Shown here: positions 1 to 9,819 of the stretch, in pieces
Numbering within the stretch: the stretch's first letter is position 1
Layout: each line of letters begins with the position of its first letter
Sequence record: NZ_CP069608.1
Length of the DNA stretch: 64,000 nucleotides
Direction: 5' to 3' (one strand)
DNA from: a plasmid
Notes under the pieces: model-generated
What the model was told of the DNA's origin: nothing
The model's database searches: none
The model's input: only the letters and a program-made list of their open reading frames with translations
Translations under genes and position numbers: made by a program

Positions 1-842
1 ATCTTCACAAACACAAAATTATGGTCCGGGTTATATTCATCAACCACTTCGTACAAATAATCGTCGTATAGGTTCATGAGACCCTGAGAGATGTCTAATT
101 TTCGCTCTCCAGTCTTCAATTTACCTCCGTTTGGCAATTCACCTCTATTGGTCAGTTGGATTTTGTGCTTTCTTTGTTTAGCATCGAATTGAAGATCTTC
201 AAGAAACAGGGAGAGAACCTCTCCGATACGCAATCCACTTTCAAAAAGCAACCGCACAAGAAATTTATCTCTTATATTTGTAGTAGAATAATAGATTTCT
301 TCGACTTGTTCTTTCGTAAATACTTGGACGCGTTTCCTGGGTTCCTTCAGCTTTAGAATATTTTTAGAGATAGGTTTCCCTCCATTTACATGGTGTAAGA
401 AACCCTTGTACCCATTCCCACCAGCACCAATGAACATCTTCTTCATAAGCTTTTCAACCATGTCTGAGTCCACTAAATCATTTCTGTATAAGTAATCATA
501 AAATGATGCCACGACCGTAAGGTAATTGTTTACTGTGCTTTCCCTGCGTTTAGCTTTTGCTGTTTTATGGATTACAACGTTATTGTTTTCATAGGGATTT
601 CTAAGCCAAACAACGAAGTTAGATAACTTTTCAAAGCTCACCTGTTGATAATCAATTCCTGTTTGCTCCAAGTATGTAAAGTAAAATTTCAAAGCCGTAC
701 AGTACGTCTGTAAAGTATTACTGCTCCTCTCACTGTTGTATAGGTATTTCATATACTTTGCAACAGGTTCAACAGGTAATCCACTTGTACCAATTAGAAG
801 ATATGCCTTTCTATTACCAACAGATATTTCTTCTACTCTCAT
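1..842 (-). CDS. Tyrosine recombinase / integrase, partial. The start codon is at 840-842 and the gene runs off the window start.
   Basis: My own translation of the minus strand from ATG at 842, preceded by a GGGAGG ribosome-binding site. It gives MRVEEISVGNRKAYLLIGTSGLPVEP... with a SAM-like N-domain and the start of the catalytic domain (RLLFESGLRIGEVLSL). The ORF track omits it because no stop codon falls inside the window. Confidence 0.55.
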   Translation of the reverse strand, partial: MRVEEISVGNRKAYLLIGTSGLPVEPVAKYMKYLYNSERSSNTLQTYCTALKFYFTYLEQTGIDYQQVSFEKLSNFVVWLRNPYENNNVVIHKTAKAKRRESTVNNYLTVVASFYDYLYRNDLVDSDMVEKLMKKMFIGAGGNGYKGFLHHVNGGKPISKNILKLKEPRKRVQVFTKEQVEEIYYSTTNIRDKFLVRLLFESGLRIGEVLSLFLEDLQFDAKQRKHKIQLTNRGELPNGGKLKTGERKLDISQGLMNLYDDYLYEVVDEYNPDHNFVFVK

Positions 843-1094
843 GAAAACGCCTCCCACATAATGTTATCTAGTTATCGTTATTTCTTTAAGATCCTCGAAC
901 CTAACGGTTCTGCGGAGTGCTGTCCTCGCACCGAGGCTTTGTCCTCCACTTAAAACCAAACTAACACTCTTATCTACAATCACATTTTATACATATTAAA
1001 CTATTATTTCAATATTCATTTTTCTAATCTATTATGTAAATAAAAAAGGATAGTTAGACCACATAGCAGACTAACTATCCTATGAATTATTACC

Positions 1095-1239
1095 TTAATT
1101 TAAATTGTAGTATTTATTAATGATAATTAAATCTTGATTCACTGGTTTGCTTGCTGCTTCTGTTTTTCCTCCATTAACTCCACACAATGCGACCATTAGT
1201 AACGTAAGAACGGTCATTGATTTGATAAAGATGTTCTTC
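1095..1239 (-). CDS. Small putative lipoprotein/secreted peptide, about 48 aa from the internal Met.
   Basis: Signal-peptide-like MKNIFIKSMTVLTLLMVALCGVNG with a lipobox-like LCG. An AGAGGAGA ribosome-binding site precedes the ATG at 1239. Confidence 0.25.
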
Positions 1240-1469
1240 ATAAAAACTCTCCTCTTTTTTATATTTTTATAGGAAACAAAAAAAGCACCTTCTTTATATG
1301 AAAAAGATGCTCTTCGTAACAATCATTTATGAACAAAAACCTATTAAATTATCGATTTTGACATGCAGAGAAACGCTCTCTGACGAAATTAACTTTTATT
1401 TCTCGTATAATTGCCCATTCGATGCAAATTTCAGCGTTCTAAAAACCGTCTATTTCTTTGCTCCTACCT

Positions 1470-2108
1470 TTACTTATTTATTTTTTCGGTATGACGACAG
1501 GAAGGAAAAGATGAACAGCCAAAAAAACGATCTCCCTTTCCTTGTCTCACCACTAATTGCTTACCGCACTTTGGACACTTGCGTGCTTCCGGTGTGACAT
1601 TTTCATAGATTTCTTTTGCTTCGAACGTAGGGTTAATGGCACGAATAAGTTCTTGCAGATCCTCACGATCAACCAACTTTACATCACATGCAGCTGCCAA
1701 CTCTTTGGCTTGTTTGGTGAAATAGCTATTCGTCACCACCCAAGCTTGATTAGCTCGATAATAGGCTTTCGCCCCGTGTACCTCTTGCACAGCTGATAAA
1801 CTTACTCGGTTTTTGTGGCCGTATCGTTTGGCTTGAACCACGATTTTTTCATCTCTCTCCATAACTAAATCAGCGCCAAAATCCCCTGTTTGCTTGGTTA
1901 CTTCTGGATGATATCCTAAATGTCGAAAAAGAATTTGTAAATAGATTTCAAATTGCCTACCATCCATTTTATCAATATAAGGCATATCAGCTTTCAATAA
2001 TGCCTTATGCTGTTTACGCGTTCGAATAACCTGATAAAGCATAAGAGAACCTTTAAACAATATGACAAAAAGAAGAAAATATCCGATACTTGTGATGAAA
2101 TTATCCAT
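1470..2108 (-). CDS. Mrr-like restriction endonuclease domain protein with an N-terminal TM helix and a C-terminal topoisomerase-type C4 zinc ribbon.
   Basis: Mrr_cat-like core (GDFGADLVMERDEKIVVQAKRY) and a C-terminal CPKCGKQLVVRQGKGDRFFGCSSFPSC. Confidence 0.55.
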   Translation of the reverse strand: MDNFITSIGYFLLFVILFKGSLMLYQVIRTRKQHKALLKADMPYIDKMDGRQFEIYLQILFRHLGYHPEVTKQTGDFGADLVMERDEKIVVQAKRYGHKNRVSLSAVQEVHGAKAYYRANQAWVVTNSYFTKQAKELAAACDVKLVDREDLQELIRAINPTFEAKEIYENVTPEARKCPKCGKQLVVRQGKGDRFFGCSSFPSCRHTEKINK

Positions 2109-3096
2109 TCATTGAAAGCTCCTGTTCATTCGGTTTGTTTCTCGAAGGAGAAAAGTGTTTGGAAAAAGGCTTTTCTTTTGCTCCTTTTTTTAGCTCATCG
2201 TTCCAATCCTTTCCTGTAGACGGTAGTTTTCCTTTGATGAGATCCGCATTGACAATTTGATTCATTTTCGTGATAAATTCCTTTCCTCCTTGGTCATGAT
2301 CCACAGCTAATATCAGTTCCTTGATGGGAAGACCTTCACGTCGAGCTGCAAGATACGACTGCGCAACCGTTTTAGGCTTCAAGCCATTCATACTAATGAG
2401 GCGTGTATTCTGCAACTCTTTCTCTTGTATACTCCAATAGGAAAGGAGATCAATCGGACTTTCAAAGAAATGAATACTCGTTGGTTTTCCTACATCAACG
2501 GAAAATCCTGTATGAGGGCTATCATTGGGCAGGACTTGTTTAAAGGAACCACGCTTATTTTTCATCGGTACGGTTCCTTGTCGATCCGCCCCAATGACTT
2601 TCCCTTTGCCTCCCTGTTCTCGCCATTTAAATACCACATTATTACGTTTGTCTTGGGCAATTAAATCTTTTTGAAAGAGCCAATGAACAAGCCGAGGATC
2701 AATGTGCCGTTCCCTGATAAGATACTCTTTTGCTTTCGTTTGATCCTGTACCTCTAATTCCTTTGGATATCGAAAAGGCTCTTTTGACGTTGAAACCGAC
2801 GGTTGTTCATAGGAATGAGAAATTTCTTTATAATCGCCTTTATTAATATCTAACACGGCTTGTGGAAACGACATGCCATAATACATTTGAGCAAAACTAA
2901 TCGCTCCGTACCCTGTCTCATTCCGGCTATTCCATGCATACATATTCCCTTTAATCAGCAGGCTATCATGTTCGGTATGACGATAATACTGGCCCTCTTT
3001 CACAAATGTTTCGCCTTTGGCTTCCAGATACGACAATAAATCAACATCTCTCGCTTTCATAGACTCCTCCTTTCGGACATAAAGGCGTTTTTCCAT
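2101..3096 (-). CDS. DUF3991/Toprim-domain primase-like protein, of the kind found on conjugative elements.
   Basis: C-terminal Toprim signature LILAVDHDQGGKEF (DxD). The N-terminal region resembles DUF3991. The start overlaps the upstream gene. Confidence 0.5.
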   Translation of the reverse strand: MEKRLYVRKEESMKARDVDLLSYLEAKGETFVKEGQYYRHTEHDSLLIKGNMYAWNSRNETGYGAISFAQMYYGMSFPQAVLDINKGDYKEISHSYEQPSVSTSKEPFRYPKELEVQDQTKAKEYLIRERHIDPRLVHWLFQKDLIAQDKRNNVVFKWREQGGKGKVIGADRQGTVPMKNKRGSFKQVLPNDSPHTGFSVDVGKPTSIHFFESPIDLLSYWSIQEKELQNTRLISMNGLKPKTVAQSYLAARREGLPIKELILAVDHDQGGKEFITKMNQIVNADLIKGKLPSTGKDWNDELKKGAKEKPFSKHFSPSRNKPNEQELSMNG

Positions 3097-3174
3097 CTCA
3101 CTCCCTCCTCCTTTTCACCCTATGAAAAAAGAGAGGGAATCATCCCCCTCTAGTTATTCCATCTTTTGCCTTTT

Positions 3175-4209
3175 TTAACGTTCTACTTCGTGTGAATCAT
3201 GTTGTTTTGTCTTAGAATGTGCACCATTTTTCCGTGCGAAAAATTTCACAAAGCCATTTTGTGATTTCTCTTCTTTTTTCTGTTGGTCATGATTCTTTTT
3301 CTCCGTATCTAAGTTTTTTTCCAATTTGGTTAACTTTTCACGTTGCGAATCCGTCAAATCTAACCCTTTTAATTCCCTCAGCACTTCTTTTTTCAACTTA
3401 TAAACCTTATCAAACGAATGTTTTTGTTCAAATTCTCTCATCTTGGCCAAACGCTGCTCTTTCGCCTGTGGTGTTTCTTCTTTCGCCTTTGGTTGAACAG
3501 GTTCTTGTTTCTCCTGATCTCCTTGCTTATTTGATTCTTTTTCGGTTGTTTTTTCTTGTGATATGCCTAACTGTGTAAGCAACTGTTGTTTATAAACTGC
3601 TTTATATTGTGATTCTTCACTCGGCTTCTCCAGCTCATGAAGAAGTTCTTGCTTGTAATCATCTTTATATTGTCCTTGTTCTTTCGCCTGTTTTTGATCG
3701 TAGTAGTGCACCGATACACGAGACTCCATCGCATCCACCTGTTCCCTCGTAAAAGTGCCTTCTTTTATGGTCAGTCCTTTTAACTGTACATAGTCCTTTT
3801 CGGCATTCACACGCGCCAACATACTTTCGACATGTTGTGGCTGTTCTTGGTCATGTGCTTCTAACAACTTTTGATAACTCACTTGTAGCTGTTGGTCCCG
3901 ATCTTGTGGTAGTACAGGACTGACATCATGACTCGTTAAAAACTCAAGTGTTGTGTCACTTTCATACGCTTGTTTTTTTCCGGTTTCGTCTGTCGACACC
4001 AATAAAACCTGCGGTTTTCCTTCGCCTAATGCGGACTGCGTGAGGTAGATCGCGCCAGAAGGAATGTCTTGCAGCTGTTCACCACTGACATTCGCCCATC
4101 CTGCCTCAATTTTTTCATTCTGTGGGTGTTTCATAAACGTTTTTAACGCTCGTTTATCCGCAATAAGGGTATTAAATTGGTCATTTGAAAGAGATGTCAC
4201 TTTTTTCAT
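3175..4209 (-). CDS. Hypothetical highly charged Glu/Lys/Gln-rich protein.
   Basis: Complete 344-aa ORF in the operon. It is low-complexity and coiled-coil-like, and I recognise no catalytic motif. Confidence 0.35.
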   Translation of the reverse strand: MKKVTSLSNDQFNTLIADKRALKTFMKHPQNEKIEAGWANVSGEQLQDIPSGAIYLTQSALGEGKPQVLLVSTDETGKKQAYESDTTLEFLTSHDVSPVLPQDRDQQLQVSYQKLLEAHDQEQPQHVESMLARVNAEKDYVQLKGLTIKEGTFTREQVDAMESRVSVHYYDQKQAKEQGQYKDDYKQELLHELEKPSEESQYKAVYKQQLLTQLGISQEKTTEKESNKQGDQEKQEPVQPKAKEETPQAKEQRLAKMREFEQKHSFDKVYKLKKEVLRELKGLDLTDSQREKLTKLEKNLDTEKKNHDQQKKEEKSQNGFVKFFARKNGAHSKTKQHDSHEVER

Positions 4210-4265
4210 CGTTATTCCTCCATTTAAGTTTTATTTAGGCATAAAAAAAGAGCGTGCACGCTCGC

Positions 4266-4937
4266 TTATCTTTCCATTTCCTGTTCATCTTTTTTGTGTT
4301 TGACGGTACCTGTTCGCTTTTGAAAATATGGCTGATGCTCCTTTTCATGATGTGTTTTGAAAGTAAGAGGCTCTTTTTGAATTTGACCATGTATAACTCC
4401 CTGTTCATTTTTTTTCGTCACGGAATCTATTTGATGCTCAAGTTTTACCACTTCTTCTTTCGTCATCCATCCATTTTTAATGACTTTGACTTTGATTGAA
4501 TAATAGGTTTCCTCAGCCCTCACGCGCTCGAATACACTCTTTACATCGTCCGAAGATTCATTCTGCTGTTTTTCTCTATAAGCCTCATATCCTTCTTTCA
4601 ATTTTTTACGCACATTTTGAGGAAAAAGAGGCTCTTGTTGATCTATCTTCTTCTCAGATGATGGGTGTTTTTCTCGTTCATTGACAAGAGTTTCTTCCAT
4701 CGTTCCAATAAACTCAGCCGACGTTTCATGTACTTCTTTTAACAGGTTGGTTTTATCTTCAAAGGTTTTCCCCTTCGTCCAGTTCGACAGGTAATCGAGT
4801 GAGTACGAGCTCGTGTCGATTCCAAAGTAAGACGAAACGGTATAAGCTGTCATTTCAGCTTGAAACTCCTTTTCCGCCGCCGTATAGTTCATATGTGTTT
4901 CTTTTGTATGAAGCTTGGCGTGGGTCAACAAATCCAA
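4266..4937 (-). pseudogene. ardC: C-terminal fragment of an ArdC-like anti-restriction / zincin-like protein, separated from its N-terminal part by the RIT insertion.
   Basis: Begins ...DLLTHAKLH. Together with the end of ORF 8373-9077 (...LLHELT) this reconstitutes an HExxH-like LLHELTHAKLH motif across the insertion. Confidence 0.5.
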
Positions 4938-5042
4938 ACGTTTGGATTTGTTGACTTATCCCAACTAATTTTAAATCCAAACCTTTTTTTCGAATCGGTA
5001 TAAAAAAAGATTCTTATGATAAAAAGGTTTGGATTTTATTTA

Positions 5043-6092
5043 TTACTTTGCTAGAGCCTTTAATCCGCAGAATGAGCTTAGATCTTTACTATTAGATTTC
5101 CACTTTTTCGAGACCTTTGCATCATTCTCATCCTCCAAAGTTGCCATGGCTTTTAACTCTGCATCTGTTGTAATGTCGAGATAAATCATTGTAGTCTGAA
5201 CATTGGAATGACCGAGCAGAAAAGAAATCTGTACGATATTCATACCGTCTTCAAGCCAGTGGGATGCTTTAGCATGGCGAAATTGATGTGCATGGAGACT
5301 TAACGGTACATCACCACATATCTCATGTGCTGCTTTAGCATGTTTTTTTAACATCTTGGCAATAGCTGGTTGCGTGAGCTTCCCGTTTTTACCAGTGTTT
5401 CTAGAGTAAAACACATAGTCATCTGGGGTAGGCTTGTTACCATGAAACTCTTTTAAATAGCTTTTCACATGGGCTACGGCTTTCGGCAGAAGGTATAAAG
5501 TCCGTATTTTTCGACCTTTTCCAATGATAATTGCATATGGCTTTTGGTCATTTAAATGAAGTTGAGATATTTTCATATCCAATAGTTCATCCAATCGTGC
5601 TGCAGTTCCGTATAAAAAAACCATAAATGTGATATCTCTTTTTCCTGTTCTGGTCTGTGGATTAGGAACTGCCAGAAGCGCCTTTACTGCTTCACGACTC
5701 ATTCCCTGTACATTTTTCTTTGTCGTTTTCCGGGACTCGATTCTCGTAGCATCATTAGATAAGTATAGATATTTAATATCCCGGCTTCCAAGAAATTTTA
5801 AGAATACTCGTAACGAAGATAACCTAAGATTACAAGTTTCCGGACTACAGTTTCTGTTTTTCATCAGCCAAGTGAGCCATTCCTCAATCACAGGTTGTTC
5901 AAAACAGCCTGCTGAAAGATTCTCTGGGGATACAGATTTTACATCTGATAAAAATCCGATGTAGAGTGTTAGGGCAATATTATAGGACTTTAGGGTGTGC
6001 TGGCTTGTAGTTTTTTGTGTAGGAGCATAGTTGTCTAAAAAGGTATGGATGTATTGTGCCAATTCCCGTGCTTCAACATTAGCCTTCTTCAT
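5043..6092 (-). CDS. ritC: Tyrosine recombinase (third gene of the RIT trio).
   Basis: Catalytic region HAHQFRHAKASHWLEDGMNIVQISFLLGHSNVQTTMIYL carrying the R..H..R..Y signature. It overlaps the upstream recombinase gene. Confidence 0.8.
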   Translation of the reverse strand: MKKANVEARELAQYIHTFLDNYAPTQKTTSQHTLKSYNIALTLYIGFLSDVKSVSPENLSAGCFEQPVIEEWLTWLMKNRNCSPETCNLRLSSLRVFLKFLGSRDIKYLYLSNDATRIESRKTTKKNVQGMSREAVKALLAVPNPQTRTGKRDITFMVFLYGTAARLDELLDMKISQLHLNDQKPYAIIIGKGRKIRTLYLLPKAVAHVKSYLKEFHGNKPTPDDYVFYSRNTGKNGKLTQPAIAKMLKKHAKAAHEICGDVPLSLHAHQFRHAKASHWLEDGMNIVQISFLLGHSNVQTTMIYLDITTDAELKAMATLEDENDAKVSKKWKSNSKDLSSFCGLKALAK

Positions 6093-7050
6093 AGTCCACC
6101 TCCGGAATCAATTCATTAAACCCTGTTTCAGTTTGTTCCAAAAGGACTTCCGAGAGAGCTGGAACCAATGAGTAATAATACTTTACGGTGATATCGGCAG
6201 AAGTGTGTCCCATGCTTTTGCTAAGGTAAATGAGATTATCTTCAAATGACATCCCATGACCTACTAGCTTATTGATATTCTCAATAGCATAATTATGACG
6301 AAGTTCATAAGCCGTAGCGTATGTTGATTCAACTTGTTCCCACATAACCTTAAAATAATGTTGAACCCATGTACGACTTCTAAAACCAGTCGGTCCATTC
6401 GGGAAGAAATACATTCTTCCTGGATATAAATCTTCTATAACAAAATCGTATGTCTTCATCAGTACCAACATGCTGTCATGCATTACGACATAGTGCTGCT
6501 CATAACCTTTCGTGTTTACAATGCTGATAACACCTGTGTCAAGATTCACATTACACCGTCGAAGTTTTCTGGCTTCCGTTGTACGCATCCCCGTACTATA
6601 GAGAAGCCTAAAAAAAACAGGCAATGTATATTTGATGTTCAGGTGACTGGCAGTACGAAAGTTAAACGGCTTATAGCTGTCACAGGCCCTGAAGAAGAGC
6701 TGAAGCTCTTCTTTTGTGAACGGATGCGGAATATATAATCGCTTTTCAGCAGAGGGAATAACAGGTTCATTAGCATTCGTTAGACCCCTTTCCCTTAAAA
6801 ATCTGACAAGACTGACAATGGCATATATCCTAGAAATACAGCCATTGTTTGATTCTGACTCTCTTTGATTACACCAGGAATCTACCATGTCCTGAGTAAG
6901 AACTTTTTCTTCTGGAAAGTGCTGCAGGCAATGCTTATCAAACAAAAGGAGATTCATTCCATAAGAAGTATCATTCCATTTCATACAAGCTTTCCTAAAT
7001 CGTACAAAAGCTTCAAACTGTTCAGCTAGAGGAGATTTAAATTCGCTCAC
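6079..7050 (-). CDS. ritB: Tyrosine recombinase (second gene of the RIT trio).
   Basis: TAYELRHNYAIENI...GHTSADITVKYY integrase catalytic motifs. It overlaps both neighbouring genes. Confidence 0.8.
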   Translation of the reverse strand: MSEFKSPLAEQFEAFVRFRKACMKWNDTSYGMNLLLFDKHCLQHFPEEKVLTQDMVDSWCNQRESESNNGCISRIYAIVSLVRFLRERGLTNANEPVIPSAEKRLYIPHPFTKEELQLFFRACDSYKPFNFRTASHLNIKYTLPVFFRLLYSTGMRTTEARKLRRCNVNLDTGVISIVNTKGYEQHYVVMHDSMLVLMKTYDFVIEDLYPGRMYFFPNGPTGFRSRTWVQHYFKVMWEQVESTYATAYELRHNYAIENINKLVGHGMSFEDNLIYLSKSMGHTSADITVKYYYSLVPALSEVLLEQTETGFNELIPEVDYEEG

Positions 7051-8272
7051 TACAGAATACCCCCTCTCGCACTGGAAATGCTTCTATGCTTAGTGAACAT
7101 TCCTTCAGATGAATCATGTCAGCAGACAGATAAGCCTCAGTGGAGGCTGGGGAAGTGTGCCCCAAGATTCTGCTAATAACAGCTCTTGGTGCACCATTTT
7201 CAAGCATAGATGTTGCAAAGTTATGTCGGAACAGATGCCCACCTCTGCGATCGTTTGGATTCTGTCTGATTTCGGCATTTTTATAGATTTGATCTGCAAT
7301 AACGCCTATGGATCCTGGTTTTAGCTTTCCATAAGGGTAATTATAGGATAGAAAAATGTAAGGTTCATCAGATGTTTTCCTTTCCTGGGTAATGTAATCG
7401 TAAATAGCATTTCCTATTATAGCTGTCATAGGCAACTTCAATGGCACATCTGTTTTCTGCTGGTCAATGAATAGTTCATCCTTATCCCAGTCAATGTCAG
7501 AAAGTGTGAGATTGGAAATATCACAGCAACGAATTCCAGTAAAGTATAGTAAACAGCCAATTGCTCGATTTCGTTGACTTAAGGTATTATCGGCATTCTT
7601 TAAAGCACTTTTGACTTTTGTTCTTTCATGAGGCTCAAGATACTGGATATTTTTTCTATGTTTTCTGATTACCGGAATGCATAGAAGAATCCTCTGGCAT
7701 TCTTGACTCCATTCGATGGCACCTCTAAAAACTGCGATGATCTGCATCACATACGATGCGCTTTTAGTAGGGTAGCCAGAATCATCTGTAAGAACATGCA
7801 AGATGGCATCCTCTGTAATCTCTGTTAATGAGTTATATCCAGCTTTCTGGAGTGCAAGTAAAAATGAACTGGTATTCCAGCATTCATTACGGATAGTGGT
7901 TTCTTTTTTTAGTGCTTGATCTGTATTCGCATTGTAATAATCTATAAGGCTTTTAAATTCAGGATTCAGATAGTCATACGAAGATGGTTTTTGGAAATAA
8001 ATTGTTTTATCCTTTGCGCCAGGGAAAGCACCATAGCAATCAAATGAAGCAATTAAGTTTAGGATAGCCTTTTTCTTCGAAAAGTCCTTACCACTAATTG
8101 CTGCTTTCTTGTAATAATCCAAAATTTCATCATATGACTGCCATTGTTCGCTTTTAGACAGTATAAATTTCAGAACTTGCTTAACAACTTGCACATAGTT
8201 TTTGGAATATCCCGCAGCATACATGAAATCTACGAGCTGTGGATATGTGTTTTGCAAGTTTTCTACATTCAT
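7037..8272 (-). CDS. ritA: Tyrosine recombinase (first gene of the RIT trio).
   Basis: GHLFRHNFATSMLENGAPRAVISRILGHTSPASTEAYL catalytic region. Long N-terminal domain. Confidence 0.8.
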   Translation of the reverse strand: MNVENLQNTYPQLVDFMYAAGYSKNYVQVVKQVLKFILSKSEQWQSYDEILDYYKKAAISGKDFSKKKAILNLIASFDCYGAFPGAKDKTIYFQKPSSYDYLNPEFKSLIDYYNANTDQALKKETTIRNECWNTSSFLLALQKAGYNSLTEITEDAILHVLTDDSGYPTKSASYVMQIIAVFRGAIEWSQECQRILLCIPVIRKHRKNIQYLEPHERTKVKSALKNADNTLSQRNRAIGCLLYFTGIRCCDISNLTLSDIDWDKDELFIDQQKTDVPLKLPMTAIIGNAIYDYITQERKTSDEPYIFLSYNYPYGKLKPGSIGVIADQIYKNAEIRQNPNDRRGGHLFRHNFATSMLENGAPRAVISRILGHTSPASTEAYLSADMIHLKECSLSIEAFPVREGVFCSERI

Positions 8273-8372
8273 AATAATGTCCTCCTTTTAACCTGAAGAC
8301 ATTATTAACAAAATCCAAACCTTTTATTCATAAGAATCTTCTCTTATACCGATTCAGAAAAAAGGTTTGGAT

Positions 8373-9077
8373 TTAAAAATAGTAGGGATAAGTCAACTCG
8401 TGTAACAGGGTTTTGACATTTTGTTTTTCAGAGTTTCGAGGATTGAGGGCTACTTCTTTTGTTAGAGTATAGCTCACACCCTTAGCACTCCCTAGTTCCT
8501 CTTTTGGTGCAATAATTGCGATGCCGTTCTTTTCTGCGATAGCTTCCATTCCTTTATATAACGCCTTGTAATCCTCCACACTTCCCTCTAACCAACGATT
8601 TGGAAAGACTTTAGGTAAATCACTCGATTTTACGTTCGTCTGGACCACATCAAAAACATGGCCGACTGAAAAGTACAGTCGGCCTTGAGACACTTCTTTT
8701 TTTCCATCTTGTATCAGCTTCTTTTCTTGAGGAGTCGCTTTATTAATCGACTTCCACTTTCCCTTTTCATCTTGAAACTTAGGAACGGTTTTGTTTGGGA
8801 CCAGAATTTTAATCCCTTTCTCTCCTTTATTGACAGAGAATCCTTTTTCTTTCCAGAAAGCAAAGGAGCCAACGGCTTGTGCTCCCATGAATTGGTGTTG
8901 AATTAGTTGAGTGTTTGATAAAGAATATTGATGGAACTTACCCATGAAAGAGAGATACTCTTTTAAATCTTCTGGTGAATGAAAATGCTGTTCCATACGC
9001 TTCTCCATGTCCTTGGTGAGTGATTCAATTTCTTTTCTCTTCTCTTCGGCTGATTTTTTCACATATCCTTTACTCAT
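8373..9077 (-). pseudogene. ardC: N-terminal part of the ArdC-like anti-restriction protein (ssDNA-binding domain), truncated by the RIT insertion.
   Basis: ArdC/DUF1738-like N-domain. The ORF ends ...LLHELTYPYYF, and the last residues are encoded by the RIT terminal repeat. Confidence 0.55.
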
Positions 9078-9351
9078 CGTTCTCGTTCTCCTTTTGGTAT
9101 GAGATTTCTTTTAATTCCTCTAATTCTTGTTCAACCCAAGGTTCATCTACTTCGACAAAGAGCTTCTTCGTTTTGATATTCATCGGGATCAACATATCAC
9201 CTAGATGACTGATATATTGATGAAACTCCTTCGCTTCTTCTGGTGTAAAAAACACTTCCTCTTCTTGATCGCGATACTGTACAATCGCACTCTTTTCACC
9301 AATCGCTTTGATTGATACCAACACCACATCTTTTTGAAAAAACATATTCAT
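9070..9351 (-). CDS. Hypothetical small acidic protein.
   Basis: 93-aa ORF translationally coupled to the downstream gene. Confidence 0.3.
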   Translation of the reverse strand: MNMFFQKDVVLVSIKAIGEKSAIVQYRDQEEEVFFTPEEAKEFHQYISHLGDMLIPMNIKTKKLFVEVDEPWVEQELEELKEISYQKENENDE

Positions 9352-9378
9352 TTCCTCCTTCTATTTCGTTACACCTAT

Positions 9379-9819
9379 TCATTGAGTAGATGTAGATTTC
9401 CCTCTTGATTCTTCCCAATCAATTCGTTTTTGTCGCTGATGAGCAATACGTTCCTCCACTAATTCTCGTGCAATTCTCGTACTATCCATTTCTCGCATTT
9501 GAGTAGTAATGAGTCCTTTAAAACCTTGGAAAGCAAATAAGCCATTCATATACTCAATTAAAATCTGCGTATTTTTATCTGTCGCATTTGTGCCAAGACG
9601 GATCTTCTTAAGTTCCTCTTTTAGTACGTCATACAAGTTTTGACTGACGACTTCAGAAATATATTTCAATGACCATTCTTTACTTTGTTCGTTTCGATAC
9701 TTTTGGCAAATATCCATAATGGCTTCGCCAGGAAAACGAAAATGATGCTCTTCCATATAAGATTGAATATACTCGTCTGTTTCCATATCTAATGAAATGG
9801 TACGTCTCTGTTTTTCCAT
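9379..9819 (-). CDS. Relaxosome accessory protein, paralogue of ORF 11012-11389.
   Basis: N-terminus RRTISLDMETDEYIQSYMEEHHFRFPGEAI. The paralogue reads RRMVSFDIKTDEYLQKYMKEQQFRFPGDAI. Confidence 0.4.
   Translation of the reverse strand: MEKQRRTISLDMETDEYIQSYMEEHHFRFPGEAIMDICQKYRNEQSKEWSLKYISEVVSQNLYDVLKEELKKIRLGTNATDKNTQILIEYMNGLFAFQGFKGLITTQMREMDSTRIARELVEERIAHQRQKRIDWEESRGKSTSTQ

Larger units (their letters stand above)
4924..8397 (-). mobile_element. Recombinase-in-trio (RIT) element: three overlapping tyrosine recombinase genes bounded by ~95 bp terminal inverted repeats.
   Basis: TIRs read GTTGACTTATCCC(A/T)ACTA(A/T)TTTTAAATCCAAACCTTTTTT..GAATCGGTATAA.AGAAGATTCTTATGA.TAAAAGGTTTGGATTTT at 4950-5045 and, reverse-complemented, at 8300-8397. 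GTCAAC occurs at both junctions (4924-4929 and 8392-8397). The flanking ORFs are the two halves of one gene. Confidence 0.7.
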
